Source: Tubulanus polymorphus
Taxonomy: Eukaryota; Animalia; Nemertea
Direction: 5' to 3'
Length of the DNA stretch: 64,000 bases
Assembly (NCBI RefSeq): GCF_964204645.1
Contig: NC_134027.1
Location: 21,538,560 to 21,602,559 of the forward strand
In this document: in pieces, positions 48,901 to 60,600 of the stretch
Numbering within the stretch: the stretch's first letter is position 1
Layout of the letters: every line of letters starts with the position of its first letter
Translations under genes and position numbers: made by a program
Notes under the pieces: generated by a model
What the model was told of the DNA's origin: nothing
Seen by the model: the letters and a program-made list of their open reading frames with translations, nothing else
Database searches by the model: none

Positions 48901-51900
48901 GTATTGCCAATTAGCTTTGCCAATAACGGCCAGTTCATAATCATAAAGAAACAAGTGTTTGGTATATTACCCCTTGTTTATATATCATTGTGGAAAATCA
49001 AAATGCTATGTACATAACTCGTTAATCAAACAAAAAATTATCAGTCTATTCTTAGTTAGAATTAAATTCATAATCAGTAGTTAAGTGGTAAAAGTCTGGA
49101 AATAAACTGTAGCCTTTTATTGCCATCATTTATTCAGTTCAAGCAGTTGAAAAATCATTGTTGGCATTTTCCCTACGTTTTGTCATTTTCACTGGTGGCA
49201 TTTTTTTCCTGCAATCAGTGTCTGCGGGTACCTGATTTGTAACGTTTATCGTCAGCACTTCCGGGCACCGGTGGTACAGAAGAAACGGTGTGCTCCATTT
49301 CAGCCCAGAGCTATGAAGACACAATATCAGGAAAAATATCAGATGGAATCTTTCGATGGGTTACTTTTCGATGAAATGTAACTTACAATATCAAAACATT
49401 CTCTGAATGCCATAATTTGTTCGTCATCTTTGAAAAAATCTCCAAAAACTTCCTCGCGTAATGGATTTCAAAGCCAACGCAGTCATGGCACTCAAAGCAG
49501 GAATATGTTGCCCGTCAACCTTTGCACTCCATTTTTCAATCAATTCCTCAACTATCTGGAGAATAAATAATTCTGGCTAATTCTTATTTTGCTTTTTATG
49601 CTGTATCCATGTAGAATAGATTGACGAAATTTGGTATGTCGATATTATGGCTAAAATTTTATTAGAGCCGATTTCCCAATTTGACCTCTAGGGGGTCCTG
49701 AACAGGTCACACTTGTAAAATCTGTCAATTGCGATTAGTCCTACAATCATCATCCGATCATGACAAAGCTTGGTATGCAGAAACTATGGCCAAGGCATAA
49801 AAAGTTAGAGCCATTTTCTGGATTTGAACACTATAGCGCGCTGCTTTTTATGCTGTATCCATGTAGAATAGATTAATGTGTAGCCTACCATAGAATAGCA
49901 GGGCCTACACGCCGAGTTTTGCTAGAATCAGAGGACATGAGAATCAGAGGACATGAAAATATAGATATCCTATCGTCGAAATAATGAGATTAAACTCATA
50001 AGGATGTTTCAAAGATTTACCTCGTTGAAAAGTGGGTACAATGAATTAACTTCCTGATGACTGTAACAGCTATCATAAAGTTTTCTCCTCTGGCGACCTT
50101 CCGTACCGTTAGCATAAATCAGTGACTTCGCTCCGACCAAAGGTAGAAAAGCTTTGTACATGTCGGCTTAAAAAACAAGATCTTGTTTATATCACAGTCT
50201 CATTCTTAAAAACATATACGAGTTTGTAGAATACTTTGATGAGACTTACGAGGTCGATCAAAGATTGTCCTATGTTCGGTAAATAGTTCTGGAGTCGAGA
50301 TGCTTACAGCCATCGTTTCCCCGATCCAGAAAGATACAATTGGTCCATATTTTCTGTGGATTTCTAGCAGAAATTCGTGCAGACTACCAGCTTTCCTAAT
50401 ATCTGCCAAATTTCCTTCCCTTGAACAAACAAAAATTGTCAATTCAGTCGATTTGGGCAATACTTGTACAATTTCTACACGCCACATTATCATCTGCTTT
50501 AAAGTGAAAATATGCACACTTTAGTTCGAATGAATTCATGCTTAAACCATGATTATAGATTAGAAAAGTAGGAGGTATTCTAAGAATTGCTAAAATCCTC
50601 CGGGATTAATTCCTTCTTTTCATTAACATTGGAGTATGAAATTTTCGACAGATATTTTCGATAGGGAGCCTTTTACATTTTCCGATTTTAGAGTTCGAAA
50701 GGGGAGGACCATTCCTATTGTGAGATTTTAGCTTGAAGTCAGTGGGAAAGTTGTAGCTTTAGAACAATCTGTAGTTTATTTTAGTGAACGGTTGCACCAT
50801 TCTAGGACCAACCGTTTGGGTCCTTGGAGACTTAATATGGAGATCCCAAATTAAAATCAGGTTTTTTTTACCGGCCAGCGCCTAAACTATAACCACTTTC
50901 AACAAATATCGCTTGAACCAATAGAACGATTATGACGATACTTGGTACACAGGCACCAGACCCGTGCAAATGGAGTATCGGGGGTCCCGCTCCGAAGAAA
51001 ACTTAGTTCCTTGATTTTTTCAATTCAAAAGGCAATATCAAGCAGAAACGTAAATTGTCTCACTTAGGATCAGATGACTTCATTCCAGGGATAGTCGATT
51101 GCCTTTTTGCGTTCTGAAATGAAGAATAAGCATTTAATTGCTTTTAACAAACAACCCGTGGCAATCTATAATTTTACAATAATTTAACAATCTACGTATC
51201 TAGAACGGAAGAGTCATGGGTACATCAAATGGAAATTTCATTTTTAGTTGAGATATACATGTACCTCCAAAAACCAAAACAAAAAACATTTACGATAAAT
51301 AAAAAGTTTTTCCGATTTCATATCAAGTTATCATCTCAACATAAATTCAGAGATTTTCTTCTATAATTCAAAATTCGTTTTTTGGTCGAGGTCCATCGCC
51401 GTCCTAGGGAGATCATGTATGAAAAATGAAAATTTGCTTTTATGTCGAGTTATTACCTAAACATCAATCAATTTACGATTAATAAAAAGTTTTCCCGATT
51501 TTATGTCGAGTTTTTATCCCCACATGAATTCAACTTTCTATTTTCCATAAATTATTTCATATCGTATGGACGCATTCTTACGGGTGCATTCGTACGGAAG
51601 CGTCCCGAGTACATGAGAAAAATGTTTTATTTCTGATTTATGAATTAAGAACAAAAATTCAGGTATCTTTTGATGAGATATAACTCCAGAAAATAGATTT
51701 TGTAATTAAGATAATTTTTTTCCATTTACCGACGAGATATATCTCGTCAAAATACCGGAATTGTTTTGATTAGATCAAAAATACATCCAAAGCATGAAAC
51801 ACTGCCGTCCTGGGGAAATCTTTTCGAATTCAACAGACGTTTTCGATTTTCGAATTAAAAAACAGAAGAAAAAAGAAGGATTTCGTGTCGAGATAAAAAC

Positions 51901-52169
51901 CCGTCATAAACTCGGCAAAACTTTTTATTAATCGAAAATGATTTATGTTAAAATATATCCCGACATAAAATCAATTTTCTATTACTTCTAAATGATGTCC
52001 CCAGGACGCCTCCGTAATCTTTTGATACACGTATTTCAGTTGAAATCTAGTTAGCCTCGTTTAAAAACACTTAAATTCCCGGTGGTTAACAAAGGCATAC
52101 CTTGTAGAAATAGCAAAGTGCAATAATGCTTGCTACAAACACAGTAAATAATATCATCAAATCAAACAT
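45941..52169 (-). CDS. CYP20A1: Cytochrome P450, CYP20 family, 11 exons; apparent +1 frameshift in exon 5 (~49444-49448)
   Basis: Exon 1 MFDLMILFTVFVASIIALCYFYK (52169-52101); GNLADIRKAGSLHEFLLEIHRKYGPIVSFW; I-helix FTGGLHTIAS; ETLR; FDPERF; heme motif FGFAGKRKCPG. Confidence 0.88.
48353..48960 (-). mobile_element. 5'-truncated non-LTR retrotransposon (C-terminal CCHC region) in a CYP intron
   Basis: KLRSY..FGTEDYV..IARLRNG..L.IELGRY..EQRICVAC...ETEEHFLCTC..Y.DLR, typical of LINE ORF2 C-termini. Confidence 0.8.
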
Positions 52170-52347
52170 CGTGATATACCAGTAAGTTCCTTTGTGATAC
52201 CAGTAAGTTCATTCGTGATATACCAGTAAGTAAGTTCATTCGTGATATACCAGTAAGTTCATTCGTGATATACCAGTAAGTTCATTCGTAATATACCAGT
52301 GTGTTCACTCGTGATATACCAGTGTATGTTCACTCGTGATTCACCAG
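52170..52347. repeat. Minisatellite (~23-27-bp unit gtgatataccagtaagttcattc, ~7-8 copies) abutting the CYP start codon
   Basis: Directly visible tandem units ending at the ATG (52169). Confidence 0.9.
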
Positions 52348-52971
52348 AAAAAAATATACATTCGCAATACGTTTCATTCGCGGATATCTCGCATACACGT
52401 CTAAAACTACAGTCAGATCGGGTTATTTGAAAAAATTGAAGTAATTTATGTACAAGCTTTGTTTATCAGATTTCCGGGGCTTGGTTTTTTAGGACAATTT
52501 TTTTTTTTTTTATTTCGTTGTATTCTATTACGATGTAGGCCTTTACGTTGTATATCGAATCTCGAAAAGCACAGAGAAGTTGTAAACAAACATGCGTCGA
52601 GCTATGATAGGTTTCCCACCTGAATCGTGGTATTTTAGTAATGTCGTAATAAATAACGTCTAGAAGAGTTTACAAATAGTAACACCCCCCCCCCCCCCCC
52701 ACCACCACTGCAAAATCATGACAAAATTTCATAGACCCCGTATATAAATCTTGATCCCCATCCATCTTGCATGATCGATCTGTAGACGCTGGATGCTTTC
52801 ACCGGAAGGAGTATATCATATTAGTTTAACACCATCCTCCCTTGGCTGGGATGGCATCGCCACACTCAGCCACGGCACGAAACCATGCCACACTAGACCA
52901 GGTGCGCACGTACATGTAGAGAGAATCCCACAATTATAACGAAAAAGTCCGAAAATGAAACTTCGAGATAG

Positions 52972-53024
52972 CAGTTTATTTCAACGTTTCGACTATATCC
53001 TAATAGTCATCTTCAGGAATAATG
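52972..53024 (-). ncRNA. Minimal type-I hammerhead ribozyme in the Penelope terminal repeat
   Basis: Minus strand uuauuc-CUGAAGA-u-gacuau..auaguc-GAAA-C-GUU-gaaauaa: conserved core, paired helix II, loop-less helix III. Confidence 0.7.
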
Positions 53025-53034
53025 AGATACTACA

Positions 53035-53343
53035 GCAGCAGCAGCAGCAGCAGATAAAAAAGACAAACGCGCAGAGCGCGTTTTTAATGCTCGAGAGTGG
53101 TGGCCACTCTCCTACATTCAGGACGCGTAGGTGCATTATTAATTGCTTGATATGATGATAGATATATGAATTGAACTATTATGAGATGAACTAAGGGGGA
53201 TGTGGGTGGTGTGATATTTGTGTGGATGTGAAGGTACTGGTGGAAGGATTCAAGCAAAGGTACATACAGAACGGACAATTATTACTGTTTAGGCGTTTTT
53301 ATTTGGTTCGGTCCTTATCAGGAGTTTGTTAGTGATTAGTTAG
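53035..53343 (-). mobile_element. 309-bp retroposed insertion with 15-bp TSD and (CTG)n tail
   Basis: taatgagatactaca at 53020-53034 and 53344-53358; (cag)n at the left end. Confidence 0.6.
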
Positions 53344-55179
53344 TAATGAGATACTACAAAAATCATGAGATATATATATACAATCCAGAGACAAAGAGAC
53401 TAATTCAATTAATCAGAGATGATACAAACTAAAGGAAAATAAACGTAGAAACAGTTACACACTAAAATAGATTAAAGGGGAGCAAACTAAGGGGTAATTA
53501 TAAACAACAATAGTGAGTGTAAATATAAATTAGAACTTGAAATCAGTAGTAAAAAGACAAACTAGGGGGCACTTAAATTAAAACAATGGTGAATACAAGT
53601 TGAGAGACTAAAATAGATGAGAGAACAAATAACAAATAATCAAAGGGGAATCAAGTGTCGAGTTTAACCAGTTTACAGAGGAATTTAGATATAAGTTTAT
53701 TATGGGGTGAAAAACCATTGTTTAGGTTTACAACGTTGTTAGAATTTTCAATTATTAATGCAGATTCCAAAATATGTCTTTTAGTTTTATCGCTGCAAGG
53801 GTAAATTAATTCAGCATAAGCGAAATCAAAATTGTGTGAAGTCTGAAATACATGGCTAGCAACTCCGCTTTCAGGTTTAAAGTTTTTTACATCTAACTTA
53901 TGCTCTTTTATGCGTTGATTAAGGTTCCGACCTGTTTCTCCTATATATATACTTTGTCGCAAACTTTACAACGTATTTTATAAATTCCACAGTTTAGGGA
54001 TTCAGTTTTCGGTTTGTTATTAACTTAAGAAACTTTAGAATTCTCGAGGAAAGGTACATACGGTACAATGATAGGCTGTTTATAGGTAGCCAAGGTAGGA
54101 GTTCTAAGGTTGTTATTTCTAAAATGCGTAGTACCAGCTTTAAGGAGAGCTTTTTTCAATATGAAATCGGGGTAGGCAAGTTTTTTGAGAGATTGGTTAA
54201 TATGTTGAATTTCATCGGGTTGAAATGAGGGGTCGCAAATTCTCAAAGCGCGAAGAAATAATCCTTGAGCCAAGCCGAGTTTAATATCCGGAGAAGTAAA
54301 AGAGAAGTAATGGATGTAGGATTCAGCGTTGGTAGGTTTCCTATAAACCGCGAATTTCAAAAAGGATCCACAGTTAAAAATCAAAACATCCAGCAAAGGT
54401 ATTTTACTATTAGATTCCCATTCATATGTAAAAGCCAGAGACGGGTAAAGGGAGTTTGAATATATAAGAAAGTTATCAACATTGAAGTCAAAGGGAACCA
54501 AGGCCAGAACATCGTCAACATATCTGAGCCAGATTTTAGGGTGACTATTAGTATAAAGAGGCAATATTTCAGATTCAACATGTTCTAGGAATAAATTAGC
54601 TAGAATAGGACTAAGAGGGTTTCCCATAGCGATACCGAATGTCTGTTCGTAAAAACAATTGTTGAATTCAAAAAAGGAGTCCGTCGTACAAATAGAGATA
54701 AGGTCGATGATACAATCCGTAGGAATGCCGAAGTTAATATTAAGTGATGGTAATCTACGTTTTAAGAAATCAAGAGTAGGTCCAAGAGGAACATTGGTAA
54801 AAAGGGAAGTAACATCAAATGATATATATGTCGTTGCCAGGGATAATATTCTTAATACGTTCAAGTAAGTGTTGATTATGGCGAAGGTGCGACGGAGAGA
54901 ACGAACCGAGCACAGGAGATAACTGTTTCGCGAGAAATTTAGATAAGCGGTACCGGTATGTAGGAGAATTACAATTGGAGACTATAGGGCGCAGTGGAAC
55001 ATTATCTTTATGAATTTTAGGCAATCCATAGATATATGGTAAAGAGGGAAGACGTGAATGGAACTTATTCAGAGTTTCTTTAGCGGTGGGACCACGTTTA
55101 ATAATATCCGAAAGACTTCTGTTGAAATTAGCTTGCATACGAGGAAGAGGATTCGATTTAAGCTTCTTATAAACACCTG

Positions 55180-55296
55180 GGGCCAGTTGCACAGTCGTGA
55201 CTTAAGTCCAAAAGTGGTCTTAAATCTTAAGACCGGTCTTAATTTGTTAGAATAGCTATAGAACAAAGTTGGTCTTAATGACTATGCAACCGGTCC
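55180..55296. mobile_element. MITE family A copy inserted in the Penelope ORF, CTG TSD
   Basis: ctg|GGGCCAGTTGCA...TGCAACCGGTCC|ctg; removing it restores LLDNPGVYKKLKSNP. Confidence 0.9.
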
Positions 55297-56159
55297 CTGG
55301 ATTATCCAAGAGAGATTGCATTTTAACATTATAATTATCCAGATCTAAAATCACAATCTTGCCACCTTTATCAGCCTTAGATATTTTAATAGTCTTTAAC
55401 TTCCGTAGTTCTTGGAGGGCGAGCCGAAATCGACGAGATAGATATTCAAAGAGGTTCCTGTTGAGCAAATGATCGCAAATGGCAAATGGTTGATCGCAGC
55501 ACCGCGCGAAAACTTGCGGCACCAATGAGATTGCTCGCTGTGTAATCGCGGAGGTAAATTCCACGGAAGAACTATAAATGGGAAAATGGGCTAAAATTAA
55601 ATGATGTCATCATTAGCTTAGATGATGTCATTATAAGCCAATCAGATATCCCGTTTCATTTCAGCCCTGTATTTCCCATTTAGTTCTTTCGTAACATTTA
55701 CCTGGCTCTAATGAGATTCATAAACGCTCCCAATCGTAATTTGGAAGTCCATAATCCTTATTCCTTACATGCGCTATGATTTTGTACTTGATGCAAATTC
55801 TACGAACGGTAGAACTCTCAAATGGTACGAACTCTCAATGTATATATTTCAACCTAATTCGAAAACCCATTGTCGATATCGACTGTTTGTTCATGAATTA
55901 TGAAAAGGTATTGTTGAATAAATCATATCATACCATCCAGGGAGAAACACACTAGCTAATATGATGGTTATATCAAAGCTGTGGGTAGTTTTGTTTAAGT
56001 GGGTAGTGTAGTGTGATCTGTGTGCATTTGTGGCCAGCGCACAGATCACAACGATCATAGTTAGTGTAGTAATATACGTCCAGCTAGAGGCAATATGTGA
56101 AATATGTGGAAAAATATCAATATTACAAAATTGTTCATATGTTCAAAGATCCATCCATT

Positions 56160-56937
56160 TTTTATCTTAAAATAGTTATTTATTTGGCTGGTAAATTTCG
56201 TTTGATTTTTTGATTGAGTGTCCCTTACAGACCGACCACACCTGCCGGGAGCGAAACAGGGGGTTTGATTTTGAAATCGGAAATCGAAGTACAAATATAG
56301 TTGTGTGATCGGCGGTCGAGTTAACAGAATTCTTTTTTTTTTAAATCGAAGTACATAATTGGAAATTCGGTACCGGTTCATTCAAACAATCTTCCATTCA
56401 GTTTGAACCGGCAAGCAACTGATTGGGGTGAATTTTCTTGGCTGCCTAATTCAATACTTCGAGATTTTGGAAATAGCATACAAGGTTGAGGATCATTTTG
56501 TCCATTTTTATATTTTTGGTAGTTTTCTACGTGTAAATAGTCCGATAGTTTATTGTAGTTATTTTCTCGGGTAGATGATGATGTAGAAGTCCTGTAAGTT
56601 GATGATCCCGCGTGTTGACTAGATAGGAAGGAAGCACATTTCGAAACGCAAATTTTCCAGATGAGAGTATGGCCCTGAGGTATCTGAAGTGTTGTTGTAT
56701 GACATCGACGGTGCAGCTCCGAAGAGGATGGGTTTCTTCGTCAATGGGTGCGTAGTTGGTACTTCACATCTGGTGCTGAATTTGCCTAAAAGTAAAAGTT
56801 TTACACTGGGAGCAGTTTTGTGTCTCTAATGTACAGTGCATAGTTAGGTCCGTGAATGGATCGCAATCAAACGGACAGTGCTATGCGCATTGATAGACCG
56901 TCAGTAAGAAACACAGACACGTGAATATTGAATACAT
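56160..56937 (-). pseudogene. Decayed secreted-protein gene, possibly LRR; internally deleted paralogous fragment at ~2830-3235
   Basis: Signal-like MYSIFTCLCFLLTVYQCA*, Cys cluster and NLEVLN*AAKKI; multiple stop codons; clear nucleotide homology to 2830-3235. Confidence 0.4.
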
Positions 56938-57698
56938 GTTTGTACATTTACATATATACAGTCTTGATCGGGCTCTATTTACATTGTCCAGTGACGATTT
57001 GGCCCGGTCCAAATTGGCACCGATCAGGCTTCGGGCCAAATTTGGCCCGTGCCTAATTAGAGAGCGCGTTCACACGCAAACCATTTGTCTGGTGCTCAAA
57101 TTAGGCTCGGGCCTGGTCCGACGTTTTTGGTTGGGCACAATTTGGCCCGGGTCAAACAGGCTCGGGCCCATTTGGCACCCATGTGAATAGTTGTTCCGGG
57201 CCAAAAATGCACGTGTGGTCGCGGCTTATAATCCATTCTTAACAACGGGTCCCCCGGTATGCTGATAAACACGTTGAAACATTAGATACCGGTACACGAA
57301 TAAAAAATGTGAAAACGCTGTCAGAAATTGGTTTAATCATATCGATGGAATACAGTCATAAAGAGTAATAGTAATAGGTTTACACGCAAAATGTATGACA
57401 TCATGCTGAGTGATATTGCACGGTCCCGCAACACGGGTAATGGGCACCTGGTGTACGCGATTTACTTAATCGACTTGGTTGCGGTATTGTGTGGATAAAC
57501 CAAGAGATTTCAAAACTATCACCATATCTATATTCATTCTACATGTTTCAGATGACGCGTAACTGGTGCACTGTACTGCTCAGTCTAGAGCGGTTAATCG
57601 TCGTGTTGTTTCCAGTAATTAGATAAGTAGGCTTTCAGATCAGAGGGCGAGAGGGCGAGACACCACTCATCACCACAAGTAATTTTTTTCCCTAATAA

Positions 57699-60600
57699 AT
57701 GGGGGAGAATGAACACCAACTAGAAAACAATAATGTCAATAAAAATCAATATTATTGTCAATATTGTAAAAAATACATCGATACATCTCATAAAACACGA
57801 CATGAAAAAACTGCAAATCATATAAAAAATGTAATAGATTTTGAAACTCCAGAAAATTCCAATGAAAGAAAAGAACGATTAGAAAATATGAATGTGGATG
57901 AAATAAAATGTGAAGTTTGTAATGAATTTATAGTAAAAAGGAATTATAATAGACATCTCGAATCACAAAAACACCACCAAAATTTGAGTAATAATGTTTT
58001 AGGAAAAGATTATTTTGATAATAAACCTCAACAAGTAAAAGAATCAACTTTAAAAACAAAATCCATTTCAAATAAACCTTACATGGAAAATGTTAGAAAT
58101 TATATTGATTCACTAGAAATAAAAGATACAATTGAAATCTTAGAAACATTACATAGTAAAATTGGTCCTGCAGCTATTATATTTAGATTCTTTAAAGGTA
58201 CAACAATAGAAGATTATAGTAAATTTAATGAAATAATAGAAAAAATACTAGATTTGATAACAGATGTTGAATATCCAAAAATTAGTATCTCTGGGAAAGT
58301 AAGTTTTATAAAGTCAGAAGAAAAAATGGATTATAATATTCAAACACTCTCTGAAGAAATAATTTCAAAAACACAAATAAAAGAGAAGTTAGAAAAAATA
58401 TTAAATGAATTTAAACGTCATATTGAAGAAAGATATTTTGAGGGTTCTGGCTTAACATTGAATGAAATTATATATTTAGATTTAAATGTTTATAATACAA
58501 AAAGAAATAAAACATCAAAAAGTAATAAAATGTTTAAAAATGATTCAAACTTTACAACAGAAAAGGATATTAAAGCATCATCTTATATTAAATTACCATT
58601 TATAACAAAAGCAGTAATAAATATTCAAAATGAAGATAATAAATGTTTTCTATGGTCAATTATTAGTTGCTTACATCCAACACAGGAAAATGTTTGTAGA
58701 ATAACAGATTATCGGAAATATGAAACATTATATAAAATTGATCAATATCCAGTAACTATAAAAATGATTCCTAAAATAGAAAAAATTAATAATTTAAAAA
58801 TAAATGTATTCGAATTAATGCAATTACCAAAGACAAAAGGTGAAAATATTAAAGATTATACATTGGAAGCTTTATATTTAACAGAATATTATGATGATGA
58901 AAATGCTATAGATTTGTTATATTACAAAAAAGATGAAAATGAACATTATATGTGGTTAAAACAAATTGATTTATTCTTTAGAACAGAAAGTGATCATCAT
59001 AATAAAATTTATCTATGTAGAAAATGTTTATCCAAATTTATGACTGAGAATACATTATTAAAACATAAAGAATTATGTGATAATAAAGATTTTTGTAAAT
59101 TAATAATGCCAACAGAAAAAGATTATAAATTGAAATTTACTAATCATAAATTTAAAAATATTGTTCCATTTGTAATTTATGGGGATTTTGAATCGTTGAA
59201 TAAAGAATTAACTGATCAAGATAGAAAAGAAATATATAACAAAAAGCAATTATTAAAATCAATGGATAAAGGAAATGATTTAAATGAAGACATAATACAA
59301 GACCCACCAATTATAAATACAATTAAAAAAGTTCATCAAAGAGCTGCTGCTTATGGAATTTACATAAAATCAAATTATCCTGAATTATATGAAAGTCAAT
59401 ATATTTCTTTTAGAGGTGAAAATGTAGTTAATGATTTTTGTGATAAAATTATTGAATTAGAAATTTTGCAAAATTATTAAACAAAAATAAAAGAATAGTT
59501 ATGACAAAAGAAGATGAAATTGATTTTAATTATGCAACTCATTGTTGTTACTGTGAAAAACGTTTTTATTCATTTGATAAAAAAGTTAGAGATCATGATC
59601 ATTTAAATTCAAAATATCGTGGAGCTGCTCATGAAGATTGCAATTTACAAGCTAAAAAAGTAAATTTCGTACCAATATTATTTCATAATTTATCAGGATA
59701 TGATACCCATCTATTTATAAAACAATTATCGGGAAAATTGGGCACAATTAATCAAGAAATAGAAGAATATAATGCTATGAATGAAGCAAATGTAAGAAAA
59801 TATGATTTTAAACTATTAGCTAAAACATCTGAAAATTATATTTCATTTCAATTTGGTTGCATTAGATTTTTAGATTCTTATAGATTTCTAGCAAGTTCAT
59901 TAGATAATTTATCAAAATCATTAGTTGATAATGATTTTGTTATAACTCGATATTATTATCCAAATGAACAAGATTTTAAATTATTGAGATATAAAGGCGC
60001 AATTCCTTATTCATTTTATAAAACACATGATGATTTTAATGTAACAGAATTATTAAAAGATCAATTTTATGATCAATTAAAAGAGGAGTATGTGAAAGAC
60101 GAAGTGTTTAATAGAACATTAAATATTTGGAACCATTTTAAGATGAAAAATCATGGTGAATTAGTTGATTTATATTTAAAATCAGATGTTATGATATTGG
60201 CTGACATATTTGAAAAATTTAGAGAAGTTAATCTAAACCATTTTAATGTTGATCCTTGTTATTGCTACTCTAGTCCTGGTTTAACCTGGCAATGTGGTTT
60301 AAAATATAGAAATGTAGAATTAGATTTATTAAAAGAACCAGATATGGTTTTATTATTTGAAAAATCAATTAGAGGTGGAATTAGTGGTGTTATGGGAGAT
60401 AGGTATTTTAAAGCAAATGATGAATATAAATTATTATATATTGACGCTAATAATTTATATGGTTGGGCAATGATGCAACCTCAACCATATAAAAATTTTA
60501 TATTAACAGAAGTTGAAAATGATGATAAAACTGATTGGGAAAGCGCAATTATTAGTTTAAAAGACGAAGCGCCAATTGGTTATTTCTTTGTAGTTGATTT

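Larger units (their letters stand above)
52920..55465 (-). mobile_element. Decayed Penelope-like retroelement (RT + GIY-YIG endonuclease, 3' pseudo-LTR)
   Basis: KADKGG..VILD; YIYGLPKIHK..PLRPIVS; SFDVTSLFTNVP; GIAMGNPLSP.LANLF; YVDD; YRKPT; GIYKIRCKVC..YIGETGR..RIKEH. Broken by frameshifts, a stop codon and a MITE. Confidence 0.92.

Noticed and set aside
52170-52347. CRISPR-like array
   Set aside because: Units are contiguous with no unique spacers, there are no cas genes, and the context is eukaryotic.
55700-56060. TM/TIR remnant that would make the adjacent pseudogene a Toll-like receptor
   Set aside because: Only faint motifs among many stop codons; not supportable by eye.
59455-59470. 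Programmed -1 ribosomal frameshift at AAATTTT joining the two polB ORFs
   Set aside because: The heptamer is phased to the downstream frame (upstream codons are gaa att ttg), so it is not a canonical X XXY YYZ site, and no obvious stimulatory structure follows. A simple deletion is more parsimonious.
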